Virus record (IMG/VR): IMGVR_UViG_3300043570_001980
Span: 62,001-126,000 of that record
Direction: 5' to 3' (one strand)
DNA: 64,000 nucleotides
The position numbers were made by a program, and so were the translations under genes. This document shows positions 46,791-55,773 of this stretch, piece after piece. Numbering within the stretch: the first letter of the stretch is position 1; every line of letters starts with the position of its first letter. The notes under the pieces are model-generated. The model had not been told where the DNA came from and made no database searches. It was given only the letters and a program-made list of their open reading frames with translations.

Positions 46791-47324
46791 ATGTCAGACA
46801 ATTTTAACGCAGTAGTCGAGCAAAAGTATCGTCCGGTGACCTACAAGTTTACCAGTACCAAAGAGTACATTGATGCATTTCCGTGTGCCTACCGACAGTG
46901 GAGAGCCGACAGTCATTGTAACTTGAATCATGGTTACTCGTTTAGTATGAAGTTTTACTTTGGTACCAACCACCTTGACGTCCGCAACTGGGCCGCTGAC
47001 TATGGTGGTCTCAAAGAACTTAAAAAGATTTTAGAAGATCAATTTGATCACACAACCTTGGTCAGTGCCGATGATCCGGAACTAGAATTCTACAAAGAAA
47101 TGGAACGTCGTAAACTGGCCAAGCTCACAATCTTGCCCCGAGTTGGATGTGAATCACTTGCAGACATGCTGTACAAGTATGTGAACGGTGTTTACATTCC
47201 TGACTTTTGGGGAGAGTACGAAGCAAGTCGTTTATGGTGCTACCGAGTGGAAGTGCGTGAAACACAAGCAAACATGGCTTTTAGAGAAGGCCATAGAGAA
47301 TGGAACGAGGATTTATTTGAATGA
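46791..47324 (+). CDS. queD: 6-carboxytetrahydropterin synthase-like (QueD) protein
   Basis: HCNLNHGY (CxxxHG), DYGGLKELK, FDHTTL, EVRET; strong aggaga SD. Confidence 0.8.
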   Translation: MSDNFNAVVEQKYRPVTYKFTSTKEYIDAFPCAYRQWRADSHCNLNHGYSFSMKFYFGTNHLDVRNWAADYGGLKELKKILEDQFDHTTLVSADDPELEFYKEMERRKLAKLTILPRVGCESLADMLYKYVNGVYIPDFWGEYEASRLWCYRVEVRETQANMAFREGHREWNEDLFE

Positions 47325-48163
47325 AATTAATTGAAATACCAGCTTTAATTTTAGAGCCAAAATATGATGTGGCTGTATTATTACCCACACGAGGACGCAC
47401 AACTGCATTGCTCGATAGTCTAAACAGCCTGATTGACCACGCCGATGATGTAAAATCAATACAAATTTTACTGGGCATGGATGATGATGACACAGAGTCT
47501 ATTGAGTGGGCGGCAAAAAATATTTTTAAAGATTTTGACAGTCGAGGTATTTCAACGTCAATATTGGAATTTAAACCGGTTGGCTACACTCGCTTGAATG
47601 AATATGTAACAGCACTGGCTAAAAAAAGCAATGCACGTTGGTTAATGTTCTGGAACGACGATGCACTCATGCAAACACAGGGCTGGGACAGTCGAATAAA
47701 AGAGCACACCGGTAAGTTTCGTGTGTTGAGAATGCCCACACACAATGAACACCCTTATGCTGTATTTCCAATTGTGCCAAGAGATTGGTTAATGTTATTT
47801 GATTATCTAAGCGCACATCAACTTTCCGACGCATGGATTAGTCAGATTGCCTATATATTGAATATCATGGAAACTATTTCCGTTGATGTACTACACGATC
47901 GACACGACCTAACCGGTAATAATAACGACGAAACTTTTCAGAATAGAATTATGTACGAGGGTCGGCCTGAAGATCCTAGAGACTTTAATCACTTTGACCA
48001 TCGACGTCAACGCTTTTTAGATGCTAGTCGAATTGCTTGGTTTATGCATGCTCGAGGTGAAGATGTTAGTTGGTTTATGAATGTACTGGCAAACAAACAA
48101 GACCCGTGGGTTAGAATGCTTGATGAGTTTGACCCAAATAAACAAATGGCAAAATTTAATTAA
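47321..48163 (+). CDS. GT2-family glycosyltransferase
   Basis: VLLPTRGR, LGMDDDD, FWNDD. Confidence 0.75.
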   Translation: MKLIEIPALILEPKYDVAVLLPTRGRTTALLDSLNSLIDHADDVKSIQILLGMDDDDTESIEWAAKNIFKDFDSRGISTSILEFKPVGYTRLNEYVTALAKKSNARWLMFWNDDALMQTQGWDSRIKEHTGKFRVLRMPTHNEHPYAVFPIVPRDWLMLFDYLSAHQLSDAWISQIAYILNIMETISVDVLHDRHDLTGNNNDETFQNRIMYEGRPEDPRDFNHFDHRRQRFLDASRIAWFMHARGEDVSWFMNVLANKQDPWVRMLDEFDPNKQMAKFN

Positions 48164-48165
48164 TT

Positions 48166-48936
48166 ATGGACTTACAAAAAAGAATTCTTGACTACTGGAA
48201 CACACAACCATGTAATGTTGGGCACAGTAGTGCTACCATTGGCTCTGAACAGTACTTTGACGAAGTAACAAGCAAACGATATCGTGCTGAACCACACATC
48301 CTTGATTTTGCTGGATTTCACAGTTGGCGAGGTAAACGTGTATTAGAAATTGGATGTGGTATTGGCACGGATGCTGAACAGTTTGCTCGTCACGGTGCCG
48401 AATACGTGGGCATTGATTTGTCAGATGCCAGTTTAGATTTGTGCAAGCAAAGATTCAATGTCTATGACCTCGAAGGTGAGTTTTACAATATTGACATCAC
48501 TGACCGCAAAGTGTTAGACTTAGGACAATTTGATTTGGTCTACAGCTACGGAGTCCTGCATCATTACCCAGGCATGCAAGATCATATTAAAACTGTTGCC
48601 AGTTTGTTAACACCCGACGGCGAGTTTAGATTTATGGTCTATGCCAAAAACTCCTGGAAGTATGCTATGATTCGAAAAGGTCTAGATCAATTTGAAGCTC
48701 AGGCAAATTGTCCTTATGCAGAAGCATATACTTCAGAAGAAATACACGAGTTGCTAAAAGAAGATTTCGATGTGTTACGCTTACGACAAAGTCATTGCTT
48801 TATGTATAATGTAGAAAAATACAAGCAGGGTATTTTTGAACTTGAGCCGTGGTTTGAAGCAATGCCCGAATTAATGAGAGAAGCAGTTAAAGAATATTTA
48901 GGCTGGCATCTTTTGGTAAAAGCAAAGAAGTTATGA
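48166..48936 (+). CDS. Class I SAM-dependent methyltransferase
   Basis: VLEIGCGIG, GIDLS, FDLVYSYGVLHH, LTPDG. Confidence 0.88.
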   Translation: MDLQKRILDYWNTQPCNVGHSSATIGSEQYFDEVTSKRYRAEPHILDFAGFHSWRGKRVLEIGCGIGTDAEQFARHGAEYVGIDLSDASLDLCKQRFNVYDLEGEFYNIDITDRKVLDLGQFDLVYSYGVLHHYPGMQDHIKTVASLLTPDGEFRFMVYAKNSWKYAMIRKGLDQFEAQANCPYAEAYTSEEIHELLKEDFDVLRLRQSHCFMYNVEKYKQGIFELEPWFEAMPELMREAVKEYLGWHLLVKAKKL

Positions 48937-49211
48937 ACTCAAAAATAAACGAAGTGATGGATATCCTCCAGGAAGAGTGTGCTGAGGTTATACAAATTGT
49001 AAGCAAGATACGTAGATTTGGCATAGATGAAATTCATCTGAAACGTGGAATGTCCAATAGAGAAATGTTGTGCGAAGAAGTAGGCGATGTACTGTGCATG
49101 GTTGAATTGCTTAGAGAACTTAAAATTATTGATGATGCTAGTATACAAGCCGCTGTTCAAAATAAAAGAAAAAAGTTACAGCAGTGGTCAACCATATATG
49201 AAAGCCAGTGA
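48933..49211 (+). CDS. MazG-like nucleotide pyrophosphohydrolase
   Basis: EECAE...EEVGDV. Confidence 0.75.
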   Translation: MNSKINEVMDILQEECAEVIQIVSKIRRFGIDEIHLKRGMSNREMLCEEVGDVLCMVELLRELKIIDDASIQAAVQNKRKKLQQWSTIYESQ

Positions 49212-50046
49212 CATCAAATGGCTTCATGTTGAAGCTAGTTCAAAATGCAATGCTTGGTGTCCGGCTTGTCCCAGAAACAACAATGGATATGGATTGAAGC
49301 CAGGACTGGTTGAACAAGATCTTGAAACTGATCGGTTAGCTGATATTCTAAATCAACTGCCAATGTTGGACGGCATACAATTTTGCGGAAACTACGGTGA
49401 TCCAGTGATAGCTCACAATTTTATTGAATTGATTAAACTTGCTAAACGTCACACTCAAAAAATACAAATACATACCAACGGTAGCTTAAGAACTACTGCA
49501 TGGTGGAAAGATTTAGCAAATTTATTAACTGACATCAATCATGACGTTTGGTTTGGTATAGATGGGCTAAAAGGTGTACACGAAATATATCGGCAAGGCA
49601 CAGACTATAACAAAGTAATTGAAAATGCCAAGGCATTTATATCAGCTGGTGGAACAGCAACATGGCAATTTATACCATATGCACACAACGAACATCAGGT
49701 TAAAGATTGTATACGCACTAGCCAAAAACTAGGATTTAAACATTTTAAATTGGTTAAATTATATCGCAATCGTCAATTGGCCAAAAATTATAGAACTGGA
49801 GAGGAATTTGATCTTTTACCACCGGTGGAATTTCAACATCTGATACGTATGCCAAAAATATCAACTGTGGTTGATCCAAAAAATTGTATACATTTATTGC
49901 CGCCTTCGATGTATCTAGCCGCATCAGGAAAACTGAGTACATGTTGTTTTTTTGCTCCAGTAGAAAAATTTGACAGCATTGACGAATTACTGTATAATAA
50001 ACTAGATCTAACACACAATCAGTGTTTGATATCATGTGGAACATAA
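49198..50046 (+). CDS. Radical SAM protein
   Basis: KCNAWCPAC, GNYGDP, HTNG. Start moved to ATG 49198. Confidence 0.8.
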   Translation: MKASDIKWLHVEASSKCNAWCPACPRNNNGYGLKPGLVEQDLETDRLADILNQLPMLDGIQFCGNYGDPVIAHNFIELIKLAKRHTQKIQIHTNGSLRTTAWWKDLANLLTDINHDVWFGIDGLKGVHEIYRQGTDYNKVIENAKAFISAGGTATWQFIPYAHNEHQVKDCIRTSQKLGFKHFKLVKLYRNRQLAKNYRTGEEFDLLPPVEFQHLIRMPKISTVVDPKNCIHLLPPSMYLAASGKLSTCCFFAPVEKFDSIDELLYNKLDLTHNQCLISCGT

Positions 50047-50047
50047 T

Positions 50048-50929
50048 ATGAAAATAAAAGTAAGCGAACTGTTTTACTCCGCACAAGGTGAAGGACGCTT
50101 TGTTGGTGTACCCAGTGTTTTTTTACGCACATTTGGCTGTAACTTTAAATGTGCAGGATTTGGTATGCCCCCAGGGGAAGTGAGTCATGAAGCCACTGAC
50201 ATTGCGGCAACTCACAAATTGATCCAGCCTTTTAAAAAGTTTGAAGACTTGCCATTGGTCAATACCGGCTGTGACAGTTATGCCAGCTGGCATCCGGACT
50301 TTAAAGACCTAAGTCCAACTATTGATAACAATAAGCTGGTAGATCAAATGTTGGCATTGACACCCAATCACAAATGGGTACAAGACAATGGTAATGATGT
50401 ACATTTGGTTATCACAGGTGGTGAGCCGTTGTTGGGATGGCAACGTGCATATGAAGAATTAATTAGTAACCCAAACATGGGAGATTTGCGTAACATTACA
50501 TTTGAAACCAATGGTACTCAAAAATTGCAACCCAGTTTTAAAGATTTCATGCACGAATGGCAACGAGCTCCATTGGGCGGCAAGAAAGATCGCGAAATTA
50601 CATTTTCAGTCAGTGCCAAGCTCAGTGCCAGCGGTGAGAGTTGGGAGGAAGCAATCTGTCCTGACATTGTTGCCAGCTATCAAGCACTAGGCACAGTATA
50701 TCTCAAATTTGTTGTTGAAACCAACGAACATTTTGCAGAAGTAGAACGTGCAGTTAAAGAATTTAGAGCAGGTGGATTTACCGGTGTTGTTTACGTTATG
50801 CCACAGGGTGGTGTGGTTACTCCTTATGCGCAGAATCGTGTTCGTGTGGCAGACTGGGCATGCAGTCGTGGTTATTACTACAGTCCAAGACTACACGTTG
50901 ACCTATGGGGCAACGGATGGGGGAAATAA
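50048..50929 (+). CDS. queE: 7-carboxy-7-deazaguanine synthase
   Basis: SELFYSAQGEG...FLRTFGCNFKC...CDS, ITGGEP, FETNG, SPRLHVDLWG. Confidence 0.92.
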   Translation: MKIKVSELFYSAQGEGRFVGVPSVFLRTFGCNFKCAGFGMPPGEVSHEATDIAATHKLIQPFKKFEDLPLVNTGCDSYASWHPDFKDLSPTIDNNKLVDQMLALTPNHKWVQDNGNDVHLVITGGEPLLGWQRAYEELISNPNMGDLRNITFETNGTQKLQPSFKDFMHEWQRAPLGGKKDREITFSVSAKLSASGESWEEAICPDIVASYQALGTVYLKFVVETNEHFAEVERAVKEFRAGGFTGVVYVMPQGGVVTPYAQNRVRVADWACSRGYYYSPRLHVDLWGNGWGK

Positions 50930-50930
50930 A

Positions 50931-51194
50931 ATGAATTTTGTTTTAAATTACATTAAGTCTCATGTGCCACAAATGGAAATGATTGGGGTTATCATGCGTA
51001 TCATTAGTTTTAGTTTGGTGTCATGGTTAGGCCCGGCTAGTCCGTTTATGTTTGTATGGGTATTCAATACTTTAGATGCTATTCTATTAACATATTGTGC
51101 TAGACTAAAGAGAGATCCAGCATACACGCTGTTAAATGCTTTCTGGATCCTAGTTGGGATCATTGGGATTGCTAGAGCAGGAGGGTGGGCATAA
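50931..51194 (+). CDS. Small membrane protein
   Basis: Three hydrophobic segments; ATG 50931. Confidence 0.55.
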   Translation: MNFVLNYIKSHVPQMEMIGVIMRIISFSLVSWLGPASPFMFVWVFNTLDAILLTYCARLKRDPAYTLLNAFWILVGIIGIARAGGWA

Positions 51195-51569
51195 ATGAAA
51201 CTGTTTGACAAGTTCTTTAAGAAAAAAACAAAACAACCCGAGCAACCAAAAGAAGCAAAGGCTCCTAAGAAAACAGAAAAAGAGTTAGCTACTGAACGTG
51301 GAGAGCCTTATGTGGCAATACTAGGTTTAGAAATTGATGCCAATAATATGCATCAAGGTGCATTTGACCTTGACTGGAATGAAAAATTTGTAGCCAATCT
51401 GCTACGTGCAGGATATGCGGGAAAAACAGATGCTGACATAGTCGACCAATGGTTCCAAAATGTCTGCAGACATGTGGTGATGGAAACATGGGAACAAGAG
51501 CAGGCAATGAATCCCAATACATACACCAGAGAACGAGACCTAGGCGGCGGAAGAAAAGAAATTTCATGA
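51195..51569 (+). CDS. Hypothetical protein
   Basis: Coupled ORF of 124 aa. Confidence 0.6.
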   Translation: MKLFDKFFKKKTKQPEQPKEAKAPKKTEKELATERGEPYVAILGLEIDANNMHQGAFDLDWNEKFVANLLRAGYAGKTDADIVDQWFQNVCRHVVMETWEQEQAMNPNTYTRERDLGGGRKEIS

Positions 51570-52051
51570 TTTTCAATCACATTAAACAACTCAAAGCAGA
51601 CGGTAAAAAAATTGGCATCACGTTCTCGACCTTTGACATGCTACACGCAGGGCATATTGCCATGCTCAGTGAAGCAAAGAATCACTGCGATTACTTGATA
51701 TGCGGACTACAAACAGACCCTACCATTGATCGTCCTGATACTAAAAATCATCCTGTGCAAAGTATTGTTGAGAGACAAATACAGTTGGCAGCCTGCCGCT
51801 ATGTAGACGAAGTTGTGGTGTACCAAACCGAGCAAGATCTAATTGACCTGTTGTTGATCCTGCCACTGGATGTGCGTATCTTGGGTGTAGAATATGCTGA
51901 GAAAGAGTTCTCAGGACAAGGCGAATGCTATGACAGAGGCATTGAAATTGTGTTTAACAAACGTGATCATAGTTTCAGTAGTTCGAGTTTAAGGAAGCGG
52001 GTAGTTCACGCAGAAACATTTAAGGTATTAAAAGATGGAAATCCAACCTAA
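51566..52051 (+). CDS. Cytidylyltransferase (TagD/RfaE-like)
   Basis: TFSTFDMLHAGH, GLQTDP, YVDEV; ATG 51566. Confidence 0.88.
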   Translation: MIFNHIKQLKADGKKIGITFSTFDMLHAGHIAMLSEAKNHCDYLICGLQTDPTIDRPDTKNHPVQSIVERQIQLAACRYVDEVVVYQTEQDLIDLLLILPLDVRILGVEYAEKEFSGQGECYDRGIEIVFNKRDHSFSSSSLRKRVVHAETFKVLKDGNPT

Positions 52052-52202
52052 AGACACAAGCAAGGGACATTTTTATGTTAGCCTTGTCAAAAGTGTGTTA
52101 CGCATTACAGCAGGTGGTGCGTTAATTTCCGGCTTTATAGTACATGCTGGTGTATTGTTAATTGTAGCCGAAGTGCTTGGCATTGTTGAGGAACTGGTGT
52201 GA
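52035..52202 (+). CDS. Small membrane protein (55 aa; not in ORF track)
   Basis: MEIQPKDTSKGHFYVSLVKS...GIVEELV; overlaps both neighbours. Confidence 0.55.
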   Translation: MEIQPKDTSKGHFYVSLVKSVLRITAGGALISGFIVHAGVLLIVAEVLGIVEELV

Positions 52203-52903
52203 TTTTATATGTAAACGGCGATAGTCACACAGCTGGTGCAGAAATTGTCACACCATATGCATTTGCAGAGGATGACCAACGCTATGTCTACATGGGTCGT
52301 AGACCACATCCTGAAAATATTATTGCCACGTGGGGCAAAACATTAGCTGATGCAATCAAAGCGGGTTTTTGGTACGATGCTGAGTCTGCTAGTTCAAATG
52401 CACGTATTATTAGAACCACAGAAAAATACCTAACAGAGCATGCCAGTAATCTGTACGAAACATTGATGATTATTCAATGGAGTACCTGGGAACGAGAAGA
52501 ATGGTTACACAACGGTGTTTATTATCAAGTGAACGCCAGTGGAATTGACGACGTTCCACAAGAGCTACAAGAAAAATACAGAAATTATATTATTGGAATC
52601 GATTGGCAATTAAAAACCGAACAAGCACACAACGATATATGGCAACTGCATTGCCGACTCAATGATCTAAATGTCAAGCATGTGTTTTTTAATGGTAACT
52701 CAGATTTTTCTAAAATTACTGATCAACGCAGTTGGGGAGTAAGTTACATGGATCCTTACAAACCAAAATCTACATTTTCGGATACACTTACACAACGTGG
52801 GTTTGATACAGTAGCACCCAGTTCTTATCATTTTGGTAAACCTGCCCATAGCTTTTGGAGCAATCATATGCTACAATATGTTATCAGTAACCATTTGATT
52901 TGA
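52199..52903 (+). CDS. SGNH-like hypothetical protein
   Basis: YVNGDSHTAG, SSNARI, IIQWSTWER, HF...AH. Confidence 0.55.
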   Translation: MILYVNGDSHTAGAEIVTPYAFAEDDQRYVYMGRRPHPENIIATWGKTLADAIKAGFWYDAESASSNARIIRTTEKYLTEHASNLYETLMIIQWSTWEREEWLHNGVYYQVNASGIDDVPQELQEKYRNYIIGIDWQLKTEQAHNDIWQLHCRLNDLNVKHVFFNGNSDFSKITDQRSWGVSYMDPYKPKSTFSDTLTQRGFDTVAPSSYHFGKPAHSFWSNHMLQYVISNHLI

Positions 52904-52909
52904 GGCAAA

Positions 52910-53917
52910 ATGCAATATCTTTTAATCGATACTTCTAACATGTTTTTTCGTGCTAGACATGTGGCCTACAGGGCAGAAGATGCTTGGGAAAAAATTGGAT
53001 ACGCATTACACATTACACTGGCTTCAATTAACAAAGTAGCACGACAATTTAATGCAGACCATGTGGTATTTGCACTCGAAGGTCGTAGCTGGCGTAAGGA
53101 TTTTTACAAGCCCTACAAAGCAAACCGTGCAGAATCACGTGCGGCCATGTCAGAAAAAGAGCAAGAAGAAGACAAATTGTTCTGGGAAACTTATGATAAT
53201 CTGACTAAATATTTGCTAGAGCAAACAAACTGTTCAGTAATCCGACACCCTAATGCAGAAGCAGATGATGTAATTGCACGTTGGACTGCTCTGCACCCAC
53301 AAGACAATCATATTATCATTTCAAGCGACACAGATTTTGTGCAGTTACTGGCGGACAATGTGCAACAGTACAATGGCATAACTGATGAACTTCTTACAAT
53401 TAATGGTATCTTTGATGCCAAGGGTAAACCTGTAATTGATAAGAAAACAAAAGAACCTAAAACTATTCCAAATCCAAAGTGGCTTCTATTTGAAAAATGC
53501 ATGCGTGGTGACACATCCGATAATGTTTTTAGTGCCTTCCCGGGTGTACGCCTTAAAGGAACTAAAAACAAAATTGGCTTGCAAGAAGCATTTGACGACA
53601 TGAATAAAAAAGGATATGCTTGGAACAATCTCATGCTTCAGCGTTGGACCGACCACAACGGTCTAGAACATCGTGTGTTAGATGACTACGAACGCAATCG
53701 ACATTTAATTGATCTTGGTGAACAACCAGAAGAAATTAAACAACAAGTCGATCAAGCAATATGTGAACAGATTAGTCATCGAGACATTGGACAAGTTGGT
53801 GTCAGATTTATGAAGTTTTGTGGCAAGTACGAGCTTAGTCGTATCAGCGAAAATCCCGAACAGTTTGCTCGCTGGCTAAACGCAACATATCAAGGAGTAT
53901 TAAATGATCATAGCTAA
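52910..53917 (+). CDS. rnh: 5'-3' exonuclease / T4 RNase H-like
   Basis: LLIDTSN, SWRK, EADD, SSDTD, GDTSDN. Confidence 0.88.
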   Translation: MQYLLIDTSNMFFRARHVAYRAEDAWEKIGYALHITLASINKVARQFNADHVVFALEGRSWRKDFYKPYKANRAESRAAMSEKEQEEDKLFWETYDNLTKYLLEQTNCSVIRHPNAEADDVIARWTALHPQDNHIIISSDTDFVQLLADNVQQYNGITDELLTINGIFDAKGKPVIDKKTKEPKTIPNPKWLLFEKCMRGDTSDNVFSAFPGVRLKGTKNKIGLQEAFDDMNKKGYAWNNLMLQRWTDHNGLEHRVLDDYERNRHLIDLGEQPEEIKQQVDQAICEQISHRDIGQVGVRFMKFCGKYELSRISENPEQFARWLNATYQGVLNDHS

Positions 53918-54353
53918 AGCAGTTATTCCAAATCAATATTGGATCTTGAAAGAAAACGATCGTAAGATTGGTAACATTGAATCTGGACCTGACGGATTTT
54001 CTGTTAAAATAAAAGATCTAACCACGTGTTTTAAAACACTGAGTATGGTGCAACAACGTATTGGCATTGACTTTGAACCTATTAAACAAAGATCTGTACC
54101 TGAACCTAACCAAGTACACGGATATCCAACCACAGACCATCCATATAATCCAATTTTTGATGTTAAACGTCAACTGCCTATTTGGACGCAGGAAGAAAAA
54201 TCCAAGTCGTGGTTTGCCGCAGGATGGTATCGATTAAAGACCGGACGAGTCTGGAATGTTGTACAATGTCCAAAACTTATTACACTTCAGCGTTATCCAT
54301 ACACTGGACCATTTTATACCGAGGAAGAAGCCTGTGACAAATCCGTTTCGTGA
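53904..54353 (+). CDS. Hypothetical protein
   Basis: Coupled ORF. Confidence 0.6.
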   Translation: MIIAKAVIPNQYWILKENDRKIGNIESGPDGFSVKIKDLTTCFKTLSMVQQRIGIDFEPIKQRSVPEPNQVHGYPTTDHPYNPIFDVKRQLPIWTQEEKSKSWFAAGWYRLKTGRVWNVVQCPKLITLQRYPYTGPFYTEEEACDKSVS

Positions 54354-54705
54354 TCAAGAAAAATTTATGAGAGCCTGCGACCAAACAGTGGGTGAATTCA
54401 ATGGTACACAATATGATATGTATTGTGCGTTAATCGAAGAAGAGTTTAAAGAACTTCAACAAGCATTAGCCGATAACAATGATGTGGAGTGCTTGGATGC
54501 ACTGATCGACATCTTGGTTGTGACTATCGGTGCCATACAGTCAGCTGGGTTTGACGGTGAAGGTGCGTGGAAAGAAGTCATGAGTACAAACTTTGCCAAA
54601 ATCGACAAGTTAACTGGCAAGGTGCGTAAACGTGAAGATGGTAAGGTATTAAAGCCAGTGGGGTGGACCCCTCCTAATCTAGCACCTTATCTAAAAAGAA
54701 CATAA
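54334..54705 (+). CDS. MazG/HisE-like all-alpha NTP pyrophosphohydrolase
   Basis: EEEFKE, DALIDI, TNFAK, REDGKVLKP; GTG 54334. Confidence 0.8.
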   Translation: MTNPFRDQEKFMRACDQTVGEFNGTQYDMYCALIEEEFKELQQALADNNDVECLDALIDILVVTIGAIQSAGFDGEGAWKEVMSTNFAKIDKLTGKVRKREDGKVLKPVGWTPPNLAPYLKRT

Positions 54706-54911
54706 TGTTACACATTAACAAATTCATCGATCGAGTCAAAGCGGCAGAAAGCAGAAGTCAACGTGACTTGATCATGACCATCAACGAAGCCAGGGACTTG
54801 CACGGGGATATTACAAAATTACTTTTAAGTCTTCAAGTACTACGTGAACAGTCTACTGCAACCCCTGTGGAACCCGTAACCAGCATTGAGGTTGTCGGCG
54901 GCTCATTCTAA
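54705..54911 (+). CDS. Small hypothetical protein
   Basis: Coupled ORF. Confidence 0.55.
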   Translation: MLHINKFIDRVKAAESRSQRDLIMTINEARDLHGDITKLLLSLQVLREQSTATPVEPVTSIEVVGGSF

Positions 54912-54963
54912 AACTACCTAAAACTACCTACATAACGGGATAAATAAAAGTAGGAGTTTAACA

Positions 54964-55266
54964 ATGAGCAGACCAAAACCTAAAGTTCTAGTAGAACTAA
55001 CCAACAAAGTCAATTACAAGACCGAACAGGTACTTGCGGCTGAAGGGATATGGGCTGTGTTTTTTGACGGGCTACCTATCAACCTCAAAACATCAAATAT
55101 GCTAATTCAATATCCTGGCCCCAAGTACAAGAAGGTTAGTTTTTCCAACAGCGGCCATGCAATTAATCTAGCAAAAAAACTTAACACACAATTCAAGACT
55201 GACAAATTCTCAGTGGTGTTATTAAAGCAAGGTCCCCAGATTTTTCCAGATGGTAAACAAAAATGA
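54964..55266 (+). CDS. Hypothetical protein
   Basis: ATAAATA at 54940 and aggag SD. Confidence 0.6.
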   Translation: MSRPKPKVLVELTNKVNYKTEQVLAAEGIWAVFFDGLPINLKTSNMLIQYPGPKYKKVSFSNSGHAINLAKKLNTQFKTDKFSVVLLKQGPQIFPDGKQK

Positions 55267-55606
55267 ACTAACACAAACGTTAGTTGAATTATTACCCAAT
55301 TCATTATCTGTAACCACAGAAAAAGCACTCAAGACTTGGTACTGTAATATTCGATCCAATGGTGGGTTACGACTTACTGATTACGGCTACAAAGCTTTTC
55401 AATTCTTAGAGATTGAAAGTTGGAATGTGCCGATTGAGTTTAAAAATCTCAATAAGAAAGGTCTATTGGCACTAGACCGTAAACTGACCTTTCCTTATTA
55501 TATTGATTCAAAAAATAAACAGCTAGTTATGTTTTCTAGTAAGGAAGCAATGTTGGCAACTTTATACGGGGATTTACAAAAGTTTCTCGACAGTTATTCC
55601 GGGTAA
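55250..55606 (+). CDS. Hypothetical protein
   Basis: Coupled ORF. Confidence 0.55.
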   Translation: MVNKNELTQTLVELLPNSLSVTTEKALKTWYCNIRSNGGLRLTDYGYKAFQFLEIESWNVPIEFKNLNKKGLLALDRKLTFPYYIDSKNKQLVMFSSKEAMLATLYGDLQKFLDSYSG

Positions 55607-55687
55607 CTATAATCCACTATAATATTATCAGATATTATTGATAATATTATCGGATTATCAAGGTAATACTTGAGTATTATCTTATTT

Positions 55688-55727
55688 TGTTGTTTTTTTA
55701 CCACAATTTTGTGGCTTTTTTACCACA
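55688..55727. promoter_or_regulatory. Tandem palindromic operator-like sites TGT(T/G)G-N8-CCACA
   Basis: Two copies, at 55688-55705 and 55710-55727, 22 bp apart and just upstream of a -35 box. Confidence 0.55.
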
Positions 55728-55738
55728 GTTGTGTTTGG

Positions 55739-55767
55739 TTGACTGGAAATGCCCATTTTGCTATAAT
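55739..55767 (+). promoter_or_regulatory. Sigma70-type promoter, probably giving a leaderless mRNA
   Basis: TTGACT-17 nt-TATAAT, with ATG 7 nt after the -10 box. Confidence 0.75.
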
Positions 55768-55773
55768 ATATAC

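Noticed and set aside
54908-54930. Short tandem repeat CTAAAACTAC x2
   Set aside because: Only two copies in AT-rich intergenic DNA; likely slippage with no supportable function.
55619-55681. Fur box array (GATAAT/ATTATC hexamers)
   Set aside because: Spacing does not fit the 19-bp GATAATGATAATCATTATC consensus; kept only as unexplained palindromes.
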